Source: an uncultured Fibrobacterota bacterium (lineage in GTDB: Bacteria; Fibrobacterota; Chitinivibrionia; Chitinivibrionales; FEN-1185). Taken from it: a stretch of DNA of 64,000 nucleotides. Where the stretch lies: positions 1 to 64,000 of the forward strand of contig CAVSQB010000012.1 of the NCBI GenBank assembly GCA_963729895.1, written 5' to 3'. The translations under genes and the position numbers were made by a program. Numbering within the stretch: position 1 is the first letter of the stretch; each line of letters opens with the position of its first letter. This document shows positions 28,314-37,954 of the stretch, one piece after another. The notes under the pieces were generated by a model, which worked only from the letters and a program-made list of their open reading frames with translations, was not told the DNA's origin and ran no database searches.

Positions 28314-29303
28314 TTAAGGTGCGGAAGTCTGCGCAGCGGTTCGTACCTGGTTCCGCCGGTACGCGGTGGGCGTGATCGACTCGCGCCGCTTGAATGCCCG
28401 CGTAAACGAGTTCGCGTTGGGATAGCCGACCTTCGATGAAATCTCTGCAACGGAAGCGGCGTTCTGTTCGAGAAGGTATTTTGCATGCTCCATCCTGATG
28501 TCAACCAGATATTTGTACAGGGTTGTGCCGGTTTCCCGGAAGAAGATGAGGTTGAGATAGTTGATGTCCACCCCGCACTCATGCGACAGGGCGTGCTGAT
28601 GATGCAGCGAGCCGTAGTTGAACTTCATAAAGTTCTTTGCTTTTGCAACAAGGCTCCTCTGTTTATTTTTAGGGAACTGGCTCTCCTCGATAACAAGTAT
28701 ACCCTTCTTGAACAGCACCACCAGGATTTCGATGATACGCGACATGGAGGCCAGCCCAAGGATTTCCCTGCGGTTGGTGATCACATGGATGCAATCGAAC
28801 ACCAGATTTTCAAAATAGAGCCTGTCGTTTCCGTCAAGCACAGTCTTGCCCTCAACCTCGGAGTTCCAATAGCATTTTGCCTGCTGCGAAGGAAGCAGGG
28901 CAAATTCCATGAGAAAACATTCGAAGGGCCCTTTTTGGTGCAAATAGGTGTGCCGTTCACCGCACTCCATAACGCCGAGCAGCCCCGGCGCGGCGGCGCC
29001 GAACGTGTTGCGCGTTGCGTTCTGCAAAATTCCTAGACCGTCAACCTGATACCAGAGCCGGTAGCAATCCTGCTGGAACTTGAGCATGGTTTCCGGAGAG
29101 CCGGGCTGCATAGACACGTTGCGAAGGTAGTCGATTCGACGTATCTCTATTTTCACCCGGGGCAATTCCACGGTAACGCCCTGCGGCATCCACGAAGAAA
29201 GACCGTCGAATGTCTCAAAGCCCGCCATATGCGGGTGCGGCACAACGGCCGATGCCTTGAACCCGGAAAGTATCTCGTGGCGCGTTTGAAGCATAGGCTT
29301 CAA
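28314..29303 (-). CDS. AraC-family transcriptional regulator
   Basis: C-terminal double HTH: YLNLIFFRETG...RMEHAKYLL...VGYPNANSFTRAFKR..ITPTAYR. Confidence 0.9.
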   Translation of the reverse strand: MKPMLQTRHEILSGFKASAVVPHPHMAGFETFDGLSSWMPQGVTVELPRVKIEIRRIDYLRNVSMQPGSPETMLKFQQDCYRLWYQVDGLGILQNATRNTFGAAAPGLLGVMECGERHTYLHQKGPFECFLMEFALLPSQQAKCYWNSEVEGKTVLDGNDRLYFENLVFDCIHVITNRREILGLASMSRIIEILVVLFKKGILVIEESQFPKNKQRSLVAKAKNFMKFNYGSLHHQHALSHECGVDINYLNLIFFRETGTTLYKYLVDIRMEHAKYLLEQNAASVAEISSKVGYPNANSFTRAFKRRESITPTAYRRNQVRTAAQTSAP

Positions 29304-29365
29304 AATACATTTTCACACGATGCGGCAAAAAGGCGGGCGTGAGATTTTCAACGGTCAGACGCCAA

Positions 29366-29644
29366 TCACAGCAGCATTTTGATGAAACCCGCTGCGGCAA
29401 GAATGAGAAGTATCGCGGCGACAATAACAATCCAGGAAAGCTTTCTCCTTGGCGGGTTCCGTGAAGGGAACTCCTGTTCGCGAAGTTCTTCGTAGTCGAT
29501 ATCGTCGCCGATATCCAGCCCGTCAAGATACGTCCGGTCGCTCCAGCCGGTACGCTCGTCCGAGCCGCAGTGCGGGCACGCGATCGCGCCCTTCTTTACT
29601 TCGCCGCCGCAGGCAGGGCACAGGAACGTTTGGTTGGTCTTCAT
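29366..29644 (-). CDS. Zinc-ribbon membrane-anchored protein
   Basis: CPACG...ACPHCGSDERTGW plus a C-terminal TM helix. Confidence 0.8.
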   Translation of the reverse strand: MKTNQTFLCPACGGEVKKGAIACPHCGSDERTGWSDRTYLDGLDIGDDIDYEELREQEFPSRNPPRRKLSWIVIVAAILLILAAAGFIKMLL

Positions 29645-29822
29645 GGCGGATTTCCCGAATGAGGGATTTCATCAAGGCGCTCGTTGGTTGAGAAAATAGT
29701 TCTGCGCCGTGGGGTGAAGGCAACCGAGCGGGGATTGCATTTCTCCTTACTACACAACCCGGTAAAACGGTATATTTTTCTCAGGGACTGGCACTCGTCG
29801 TTTCTTCATACGGGATTTATTC

Positions 29823-30827
29823 ATGAAACTTCTCCAGGCCTATCTCGACATCCACTCGTCGTGCAACTACAATTGCATGTATTGCTATCGCGGTCAGGCC
29901 GGAAATGCTAACACGCAGGCCGGCCCCATGGAATTGGATGTGTTCAGAAAACTGGTTCCCGTGCTCAAGAAGATGTGCTGGAGCGTTTCGCTATCCTGTG
30001 CGGGCGAGCCGCTGTTGCATCCCGATCTTGGCGGAATAGTTGAGGTTGTCAACAAAGAACTGGCGCGTCTGGATGTGTTCCTTGTCACCAACGGTTTTTT
30101 TCTCAACAACCGGGCGCAGGACATCCTGGCACAATCCGTTTTGTCAAAAGTGTCGGTATCCGTAGACACGGTTGATCCCGCCTTGTATTCGCACCTGTGC
30201 GGCTGTTCGCCGAATGCGCTGGCAACGGTGTTGAGCAATATTGAGTCGTTTGCAAAGAAGCTGCGAAGGCGCAGGCCGTGGCCCAGGTTGTTCGTCACCG
30301 CCATCGCCATGAAATCTACGCTGCCGCTCTTGCCGGATCTTGCAAAGCGCTTCTGCTCCATCGGCGTAGACGGCGTCAAGATTCAATGGCTCGTTCCGTG
30401 GACAAAATCGTTGGAGAACAAAGTTGTTCCGCTCGACACCGCGACCTTCGACGTTCTCGGCAGCGTAGGATCGGTCCTCAAGGCTAACCGTGTTTACTTT
30501 GAGTACCCCGACGCGCATAAGGGTGAGAAGATCAAATCGGTGCTGGGCGGAAGCCGGCAATACAAAAATAAGCGGGAATATCTGGCGTTCTCTCTTGCCA
30601 AATTTATGGCCAGCCGAAGAAAAGACTCATGCCGTCTGGCGGGCACCTATTTGAGCATAAAGAAGGAGGGAACCATGTTCGCATGCGCAAGTGACAACGG
30701 CCCGCCGGTTTCATTTCTGGAAAATACGGTTGAAGAGCAGGAACGGCTGTTGAAGAGATCGATTGCGCTCTTGAGAAGCGGGCAAACGCATGAGGAATGC
30801 GGGGCGTGCAGGTTCTTTTCAACGTAG
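29823..30827 (+). CDS. Radical SAM protein with C-terminal Cys cluster
   Basis: CNYNCMYC, GEPLLHP, VTNG, C-terminal C...C...CGAC. Confidence 0.87.
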   Translation: MKLLQAYLDIHSSCNYNCMYCYRGQAGNANTQAGPMELDVFRKLVPVLKKMCWSVSLSCAGEPLLHPDLGGIVEVVNKELARLDVFLVTNGFFLNNRAQDILAQSVLSKVSVSVDTVDPALYSHLCGCSPNALATVLSNIESFAKKLRRRRPWPRLFVTAIAMKSTLPLLPDLAKRFCSIGVDGVKIQWLVPWTKSLENKVVPLDTATFDVLGSVGSVLKANRVYFEYPDAHKGEKIKSVLGGSRQYKNKREYLAFSLAKFMASRRKDSCRLAGTYLSIKKEGTMFACASDNGPPVSFLENTVEEQERLLKRSIALLRSGQTHEECGACRFFST

Positions 30828-31251
30828 GGAAAATGGAGATACAAAATTAAAGACCAAAAGAGAGTGCGCTTGTTGCCGATGATGTGATAGATTGACGTTC
30901 GGAAGAGACATCAAGCCAAGATCGAGTAAACCGCTTTTCTTAACCCTTTAAAGAGACTCGTTTGCCGGGGCGCCTGCCTTGTCATTCTCACCCCAAAGAT
31001 TCAATCTCCTTGTAAATTGACCTCTTGCTTTCTCGAAAATGATCTGCCCGGTTGTCTGGAAAAGTAGCATAAAAGTTCATTCAAAACACTAATAATACTT
31101 TTACTTGTGAAAAAAGTACCAATAAACGCCTCGAGTGATGGTGGTTTGTTAGTAATTACATAATAACATCAAATATAATGTGTTACAGATATCAATTATC
31201 TAAGTTATTACAAAATACATCAATTTATCCTTCGATAGGCCAAAATACTTG

Positions 31252-31298
31252 TTGACTTTTATCGCATCGAACGGTATATTTAGTGAATCAAATCACAG
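31252..31298 (+). promoter_or_regulatory. rex promoter with an adjoining Rex-like operator
   Basis: TTGACT-17 bp-TATATT (31252-31280) followed directly by TAGTGAATCAAATCACAG (31281-98), similar to TTGTGAA-N4-TTCACAA. Confidence 0.7.
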
Positions 31299-31316
31299 TG
31301 CAATTGAGGCGCAACT

Positions 31317-31967
31317 ATGCCCAAACGCATCAAATCCGAAATCCCATTGCCTTCTCTCACGCGTCTTCTTTCAATTTACCGTCTTTTGGAGCAGCTCGTA
31401 CAGGAACGCGTCACCTCGGTCTCTTCATCCGAGCTTGGCAAGATCCTCGGTTTCAAGCCCGACAGCATCAGAAAAGACGTGAGTTACCTTGGAGAAATAG
31501 GAAACTTCGGTGCAGGTTACGAGGTGGTCAGGCTGAAGGATCATATCAGCGGAAAACTCGGGTTAGACAAAAAGAGAAGAGCGTGCGTGGTCGGTCTTGG
31601 CCGGCTTGGCACCGCTATTCTTAACTACGAAGATCTGGGGCAGAACGGATTTTCTGTGGTTGCCGGTTTCGACAACAACATTAACAAGCTGGAAACGATC
31701 ACCACTTCCGTGGATTTGTTTCCAGCGCACGAAATCACCGATGTTGTAGGGAAGAAAGGGATTGAAATAGGCGTGATAGCGGTGCCTGCCCGCGCTGCCC
31801 AGGAAACCGCGGACCGTCTCATTGACGGCGGCATACGCGGAATCATTAATTTTTCACCTGTTGCAATCAAGGCGAGAAACAATGTCATGATCCGTCATCT
31901 CGATCTTCTCGGCGAATGCATGATTTTGTCAACACTTCTGCAGTTCCGCGAAAGTAGTGTCGAGTAA
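31317..31967 (+). CDS. rex: Redox-sensing transcriptional repressor Rex
   Basis: SSSELG, IRKDVSYLG..G..G.GYEV, VGLGRLG, GIINFSP. Confidence 0.95.
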   Translation: MPKRIKSEIPLPSLTRLLSIYRLLEQLVQERVTSVSSSELGKILGFKPDSIRKDVSYLGEIGNFGAGYEVVRLKDHISGKLGLDKKRRACVVGLGRLGTAILNYEDLGQNGFSVVAGFDNNINKLETITTSVDLFPAHEITDVVGKKGIEIGVIAVPARAAQETADRLIDGGIRGIINFSPVAIKARNNVMIRHLDLLGECMILSTLLQFRESSVE

Positions 31968-32104
31968 CAACCCGGAGCGGATTTTGAAAAAGATTTTTAA
32001 AACAAACATCGCGTCCTGTCTTGCGGAGGCCTTGGACGACGATTACAGCACGAGTATTCAAATACCCGCTCTTTCACCAAACCCTATCTCCAAAGGAGGC
32101 CCCC

Positions 32105-33187
32105 ATGGCTCGCGTGTTTAATTTCTCCGCCGGTCCGGCCGTGCTGCCGGAGCCGGTGCTCAAAAAGGCTGCTGCGGAAATGCTCGATTGCAATGGAAGC
32201 GGAATGTCCGTCATGGAAATGAGCCACCGCTCCAAGGATTTCGAAGCCATCATTGACGGCGCGGAATCGCATTTGCGGAGGCTCATGAATATTCCTGCCA
32301 ATTACAAGGTGCTTTTTCTGCAGGGCGGTGCGTCCAGCCAGTTTGCCATGGTGCCGCTCAACCTGTTGTCCAGGAGCGGCAAAGCCGATTTCATCAACAC
32401 GGGGACCTGGTCCAAGAAGGCGATTTCCGAGGCAAAGCGCTACGGCACGGCAAACGTGATTGCCACATCGGAAGACAGGAATTTCAGCTATATTCCCAAA
32501 GTGCCAAAGGAAAAATTCGATGCTGCGGCAAGCTACGTGCATATCACCAGCAACAACACCATCGAAGGAACAAAGTACGCCGCGTTCCCGGATACGGGCG
32601 CAGTGCCGCTCGTTGCCGATATGTCGTCCAATATTCTTTCCGAGGTGATGGATGTGGCCAAGTTCGGCTTGATTTACGCTGGCGCGCAGAAGAATATCGG
32701 GCCTGCCGGAGTCACGGTGGTCATTGTTCGCGAGGACCTTATCGGCAAGGCATTGCCGATAACGCCGACGATGCTCAATTACGAGACGCATGCCAAGGAA
32801 AAATCCCTGTACAACACTCCTCCTACCTATGGTATTTACATCGCCAAATTGGTTTTCGAATGGATGCTCGAAAGGGGAGGCGTCCCGGCAATGGAGAAAA
32901 TCAACAAGGACAAGGCAAACATCTTGTACGATTTTATCGACGACTCCGGCCTTTTCAAGGGCACTGCGGCAAAAGAAGACCGCTCCATCATGAATATTCC
33001 TTTCACTCTTCCAACGGACGAGCTTACCGACAAATGCCTTAAGGAGGCAAAGCTGAATGGATTGGTACAGCTCAAGGGGCATCGAAGCGTCGGCGGTCTG
33101 CGCGCCAGCATCTACAATGCCATGCCGGTGGACGGCGTAAGGAAACTAGTCGAATTTCTCAAGAAGTTCGAAGCTGTCAATAAGTAA
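32105..33187 (+). CDS. serC: Phosphoserine aminotransferase
   Basis: NFSAGPA, MEMSHRS, DMSS, YAGAQKNIG, NTPP, GHRSVGG.RASIYNA. Confidence 0.97.
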   Translation: MARVFNFSAGPAVLPEPVLKKAAAEMLDCNGSGMSVMEMSHRSKDFEAIIDGAESHLRRLMNIPANYKVLFLQGGASSQFAMVPLNLLSRSGKADFINTGTWSKKAISEAKRYGTANVIATSEDRNFSYIPKVPKEKFDAAASYVHITSNNTIEGTKYAAFPDTGAVPLVADMSSNILSEVMDVAKFGLIYAGAQKNIGPAGVTVVIVREDLIGKALPITPTMLNYETHAKEKSLYNTPPTYGIYIAKLVFEWMLERGGVPAMEKINKDKANILYDFIDDSGLFKGTAAKEDRSIMNIPFTLPTDELTDKCLKEAKLNGLVQLKGHRSVGGLRASIYNAMPVDGVRKLVEFLKKFEAVNK

Positions 33188-33196
33188 ACAAATATG

Positions 33197-33281
33197 TTCA
33201 CCACGGAGGACACAGAGAAGAAAATGCAGGGAATCGCTAAAAATTTGATTTTCTCCGTGTTCTCTGTGCCTCCGTGGTGAA
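33197..33281. repeat. Intergenic imperfect inverted repeat (9-bp unit family)
   Basis: TTCACCACGGAGGACACAGAGA...TCTCTGTGCCTCCGTGGTGAA. Confidence 0.72.
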
Positions 33282-33316
33282 GCATCTTGAATTTTTAAAC
33301 CTAGAGGAGAAACCCC

Positions 33317-34489
33317 ATGTTCAAAATACAAACGCTCAACAAGATTTCAACCGTCGGTCTTGAGATCTTTCCAAGAGATACCTATGAAATCGCATCTGAA
33401 ATCATGCATGCGGACGCAGTGCTGGTGAGGAGCGCAGACATGCACGAGACTCAATTCGCCGACACGCTCAAGGCAATCGCGCGCGCAGGAGCGGGCGTCA
33501 ACAATATTCCGATCGACAAATGCTCCGAAAAGGGCATTGTGGTGATGAATACGCCGGGGGCCAATGCCAACAGTGTTAAGGAGCTCGCCATCGCCGGCCT
33601 TCTCCTGTCATCGCGCAGGCTCGTTCCCGGCATTATCTGGGCAAAGGGACTGGCAGGAAAGGGAGATGAAGTGCCCAAACTTATTGAGAAGGGCAAGACC
33701 AATTTTGAAGGCCCGGAAATCAAGGGCAAGCGCCTGGGCGTGATCGGCCTCGGCTCCATCGGCGTCAAAGTGGCGAACGACGCCATTTCCCTCGGCATGG
33801 AGGTTACCGGCTACGATCCTATTATTTCGGTTGAGGCTGCGTGGGAGCTGTCGCGTACCGTCAAACGGGCGTTGTCGCTCGATAGCCTCATTTCCAAATC
33901 GGATTACATTTCGCTCCATGTTCCGCTCAACGACAAAACCAAGGGCATTCTCAACAAGGACAAGTTCGCACTCATGAAGAAGGGGGTGCGGGTCCTCAAT
34001 TTCGCCCGGGGCGGCCTTGTCAACAACGAAGACCTCAAGGCGGCAATCAAAGACGGCATTGTGGCCTCCTATGTCACCGATTTTCCGGACGAGGACCTGC
34101 TCGCACTCGACAATGTGATACCCATCCCGCATCTGGGCGCGTCCACGCCCGAGGCTGAGGACAACTGTGCCATCATGGCGGTAACACAGATCCGTAATTT
34201 CCTGGAGTTCGGTAATATCAAGAATTCGGTGAACTTTCCGGACTGCGAAATGGACCCGTCGGGAAGAACAAGAATCCTGGTGGGGAACAGGAACATTCCG
34301 AATATGGTGGGACAGATCAGTACTCTGCTTGCCGCGGAAAAGATCAATATCGCCGACATGCTTAACAAAAGCAGGGCCGACCTCGCGTACAACATTATCG
34401 ATATCGATAACGTCATCAGCGAATCCACCCTCACGAAGCTCAAGGCCATCGAAGGAATAATTATGGTGAGAGTGCTCGAAAGAAAGTAA
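33317..34489 (+). CDS. serA: D-3-phosphoglycerate dehydrogenase with ACT domain
   Basis: ARAGAGVNNI, NTPGANANSV, GLGSIG, NFARG, PHLGASTPEAE; follows serC. Confidence 0.93.
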   Translation: MFKIQTLNKISTVGLEIFPRDTYEIASEIMHADAVLVRSADMHETQFADTLKAIARAGAGVNNIPIDKCSEKGIVVMNTPGANANSVKELAIAGLLLSSRRLVPGIIWAKGLAGKGDEVPKLIEKGKTNFEGPEIKGKRLGVIGLGSIGVKVANDAISLGMEVTGYDPIISVEAAWELSRTVKRALSLDSLISKSDYISLHVPLNDKTKGILNKDKFALMKKGVRVLNFARGGLVNNEDLKAAIKDGIVASYVTDFPDEDLLALDNVIPIPHLGASTPEAEDNCAIMAVTQIRNFLEFGNIKNSVNFPDCEMDPSGRTRILVGNRNIPNMVGQISTLLAAEKINIADMLNKSRADLAYNIIDIDNVISESTLTKLKAIEGIIMVRVLERK

Positions 34490-34528
34490 GAGCGGAGCCT
34501 GCTTCCCAGGAAGTCGATTACGGGTCGA

Positions 34529-34575
34529 GTGCTGGCCGTGACCTCCCGTCAAACCGGTGGGGTCATGGCCAGCGC
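34529..34575. terminator. Hairpin between convergent genes
   Basis: GTGCTGGCCGTGACC...GGTCATGGCCAGCGC; no U-tract. Confidence 0.45.
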
Positions 34576-34603
34576 CGTTTGGGGCCGGGCAAGACCCGGA
34601 AAC

Positions 34604-37600
34604 TCAGCGGGAAATTTTCATCGAAAGCCTGTTCGTGTAGTAATCCGGCTGGTCGATCAGATCCCAGTCGTCGAAATCGAAACCAAGGCCGAACGTGATG
34701 CGGCTGCCGCCGAAGGGAGCGGGCCTGTTGAAACCGTAGTCATAACGCAGGTCGATTGCCATGGGAAGGCCGAACGATCTGGCCTTGAGGCGCAGCTCCG
34801 TACCGGCTGATGAAAGCCAGTCCTGCTTGCGAAACGTGAGCATGTCCGACGGCTTTTGCCAGCCCGCGCCGCTGGCAAAGTTTACGGCGCCGTAAAACTG
34901 GTCTATGTTGAGAAACCAGAATTTTCCGCCGATCTGGGTTGTGGGCCACAACGGGAAGCGGTAGGAAAGATTCACAGATGCAACAGCGTTGCCGGTAATG
35001 AGCACCGTGTCGAAGATGATTGAGTCGTTGCCCCCGGCGGTCCGCAGCGTGTCCCTGAAGTAATACGTGTAGCCCTTTATCCATTCGATCGGCTGGTAAT
35101 AGGAGGGCAGGCTTTGTTCAGCGTAGTGCGTGCCGAACACTTTGTTGGTTAGCATCTCGTTCGGTAAAACGGCAGTAGCCTGGATTTCCGCGTATATATC
35201 GTGTTTGTCGTACCAGGGCGAAGTGATGCCGGCCTTGAGCGTGGCGTCAAGCTCGTGGTATTTGAACGTGTCGTAGTTTTCGACCGGTATGCCGTTGACG
35301 ACGGTAATTCCCTTTTGGTTAAGCAGGTACTGGTTCCAGTAATCGTACTGGAGGCGTGCAACGAGCCCGCGCGGAGAAATAAAGGATCGCTGGTCGTGTT
35401 CGGGCATCAAAAGCGACAGAAAAGCCCCTGCGCGGTACCCCTGGGCAACATCGTAGGAAAAATCTTTGGTCCCGGGTGCGTACACGGCGTATGCTTCGCT
35501 CAGAAGGAGGTACACTTCGTACCAGTTGTAGCTCCCGATAAGATGAAAGTTTAAACCTTCGGCAAGCGGGTGCGAAAGCATGAGATCGACGTAGCGCAGC
35601 GTTATCTGATAGTCAAGCTGCTGTTCGATGGCAGTACCAAGGGAGTCGTCCGTCAGGTAGAAATAGTCGCTTTCGGTAATGGCGCGCTGCTGGAAATCAA
35701 AGGTAAGGTCAACGGGCAGGGCCTTGGTGGTTCCGAACGCTCCCAGATCATAATTGATTTGCCTTCCGAAGAAGCCCTGGTCGAAGTTGATAAACTGGAA
35801 AATCTTGTTGGGTTCCAGGAAAAGATACGCGCCCAGCTGCGAACCCATGTCGAGGGCCGAAAGCGGATCGTCGAGGAAGGCGAGAGCGCCCGCCTTGAAG
35901 ACCATCTGCCCCTGGAACACGTTGTTGATTTGCGGCACGTCCTCTTCCATGATCATGGTAGGGACCAGCATAAACATGGTGGGGAACCGGGAATAAGGAC
36001 GGGCCGGACCGGCAACGTCCTCGTTTATCGTGGGAATGCGGAGCGGAACGGAGGGAATAAACAGAGTGTCGGCGTGCGTTTCTTCAAGGGCGCGTACCGA
36101 GTCCAGAAGGTAAATGCCGTAGCCGTCCTTGTCATAGTTGGCGAAAACGAGTTTCTTCTCGTCCTTTGATATGTCGGGCGCGAAAGCGCCCCCGGACACA
36201 TTGGTTACCCGGGCAAGGCTGTGCGCATCGAAGTTGTACTTGTAAATATTGAAAATGCCGGATCTGTCCGATGAAAAATAGAGGCTTTTCCCATCCGCGG
36301 CAAAACGCGGGTCCCGGTCGTCGTGGCCCGGATTTTTCATCTGGGTGAACTCATGCGACAGGGTATCGTAGATGCCGATCTTGCGAAAGCCTTTCTCTAT
36401 GGAGCTGATTGCGATGTGAATGCCGTCGGAACTCCAGTCGAGGCTGTAGATGAATTTGAACGGTTGTGCCTTGGCTGCGGGCGTGGTGTCGGGATACACG
36501 GTTATACTGTTCAAGCCGCTTGTGTCCATGATGCACAAGTAGAATTTGTCTGTGATCCTGCGCGCATAGGCCAGTTTGTTGCCGCTCGGCGAAAAGGCCG
36601 CCCCGAAAACGCTGCGTTTCTGGGTGATCTGCCGTTCGGTCTTGCGCTTGAAGGGGTCAAATTTCGGTTTCTCCGGCGGAAGCGTGTCGATGAACGCGTC
36701 AAAGAGTCGATCGCCGCCCTGGTCCGGAGCCTCGATCGACTTCTTCGATTTCATGCTGGTATATGCGACAAGGCCGGAAACGGGATTGATGGAGTAAAAT
36801 GTGGATATTCCCTTTTCGTGCTTGATCTTCTTGTCGTCCTTTACCGAATCAACCAAGCTATAGGAGTACAGGCTCTTGGAGTAAAAGGAGTAATCAGCCT
36901 TGCCGTTGCTTATGAAGAAGATCTTTTTCCCGTCCGGGGAGAACTTGGGCCAGTAGTTGTCGTACCCGTCTTTATTTATCTTGACGCCGTACACCTGCGT
37001 TCCCAGTTTCTTCACCTGGTCGTTGTAATGCAGTTCGAGAGACTTTTTCCATTCGGCGTATAATTGACGGCCGGTAATTCCCAGAACCGCCTTCACGGCT
37101 TTATCGAAGTCGAGCCGGTACACGTGGGCGCAATCATGCAGAATTGCCGAAACCTTGTCGTACCCGTAGGTGTCGGAAATGTAGCGTACCAGGGAAAAGC
37201 CGTGATTGTAGGTTTTTTCGAAGTCCTGGCCCGTGCCGGCAAATTCGCACATGCGTTCCCACGACATAAGGTTGCCCGACACGGCTAGGCTGCGAAGGAT
37301 CATGTCCCGGTGAGTGTCCCACGAATCCGTGCCATACCTCGAATCTTCGTATTGCGCAATCCCTTCGGAAAACCAGGGGGGAAGAATGTCGTCGGGAAAC
37401 ACATGCAGCGCTTCGACGCGGTTTGGCTCGTTGGGATGGCTAAAATACCCGAGTTGGATGGACGGAATATACGGTGCAAACTTGAAACTTGACGTTATGG
37501 AAAGAATGTGCGCGTATTCGTGCGTGATCACGCCCTTGAGCCAGTCGTGCGTTCCGCGCTCGTTGATGTCGAAGTCGTGGATCCATATGGTGATGAAATT

Positions 37601-37954
37601 GTGATACGGGTCCGCGAATCCGTTGGTAATTTCGCCGTCCATGACCAGCACCTTGGTTTTTGCCGGCAAGGTTAGGCCGTACGTCTTGGAAAAAATGCCG
37701 TACAGATGCTCGAATTGTACCGAAGCTTCGCGAGCGACGCTCTCCAACCCCTGCGTAAAACTTATGGAAAAATGGGCGGTTTCGATGGTAAAGACCTTGG
37801 TGCCGAACGCGTTCCAATTGAGGTTTTCTTCCTGGCCGAACACGGAAGCGCAAAAGAGGAGCGCGGCAAGAGCGCAGGACGACGCGAGAAAACGGGGCGC
37901 CGCAAAGGAAAGGGAACCGGGGCGGAACTGCCTGCGGCCGGGAGAATTCCTCAC
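34604..37954 (-). CDS. Outer-membrane protein: gluzincin peptidase, PD40/TolB propellers, Omp85-like barrel
   Basis: Signal peptide, HEYAH (37508-22) and WFSEGIAQY, repeated PKFSPDG/WSSDG/FSSDRSGIFN, C-terminal SAGTELRL...YDYGF...ITFGLGFDF. Confidence 0.82.
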   Translation of the reverse strand: MRNSPGRRQFRPGSLSFAAPRFLASSCALAALLFCASVFGQEENLNWNAFGTKVFTIETAHFSISFTQGLESVAREASVQFEHLYGIFSKTYGLTLPAKTKVLVMDGEITNGFADPYHNFITIWIHDFDINERGTHDWLKGVITHEYAHILSITSSFKFAPYIPSIQLGYFSHPNEPNRVEALHVFPDDILPPWFSEGIAQYEDSRYGTDSWDTHRDMILRSLAVSGNLMSWERMCEFAGTGQDFEKTYNHGFSLVRYISDTYGYDKVSAILHDCAHVYRLDFDKAVKAVLGITGRQLYAEWKKSLELHYNDQVKKLGTQVYGVKINKDGYDNYWPKFSPDGKKIFFISNGKADYSFYSKSLYSYSLVDSVKDDKKIKHEKGISTFYSINPVSGLVAYTSMKSKKSIEAPDQGGDRLFDAFIDTLPPEKPKFDPFKRKTERQITQKRSVFGAAFSPSGNKLAYARRITDKFYLCIMDTSGLNSITVYPDTTPAAKAQPFKFIYSLDWSSDGIHIAISSIEKGFRKIGIYDTLSHEFTQMKNPGHDDRDPRFAADGKSLYFSSDRSGIFNIYKYNFDAHSLARVTNVSGGAFAPDISKDEKKLVFANYDKDGYGIYLLDSVRALEETHADTLFIPSVPLRIPTINEDVAGPARPYSRFPTMFMLVPTMIMEEDVPQINNVFQGQMVFKAGALAFLDDPLSALDMGSQLGAYLFLEPNKIFQFINFDQGFFGRQINYDLGAFGTTKALPVDLTFDFQQRAITESDYFYLTDDSLGTAIEQQLDYQITLRYVDLMLSHPLAEGLNFHLIGSYNWYEVYLLLSEAYAVYAPGTKDFSYDVAQGYRAGAFLSLLMPEHDQRSFISPRGLVARLQYDYWNQYLLNQKGITVVNGIPVENYDTFKYHELDATLKAGITSPWYDKHDIYAEIQATAVLPNEMLTNKVFGTHYAEQSLPSYYQPIEWIKGYTYYFRDTLRTAGGNDSIIFDTVLITGNAVASVNLSYRFPLWPTTQIGGKFWFLNIDQFYGAVNFASGAGWQKPSDMLTFRKQDWLSSAGTELRLKARSFGLPMAIDLRYDYGFNRPAPFGGSRITFGLGFDFDDWDLIDQPDYYTNRLSMKISR

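Noticed and set aside
34490..34600. Possible SRP RNA (GGAAGCAG on the minus strand)
   Set aside because: It lacks the conserved CAGG-CCGGAAGG-AAGCAG helix-8 arrangement; better explained as a simple hairpin.
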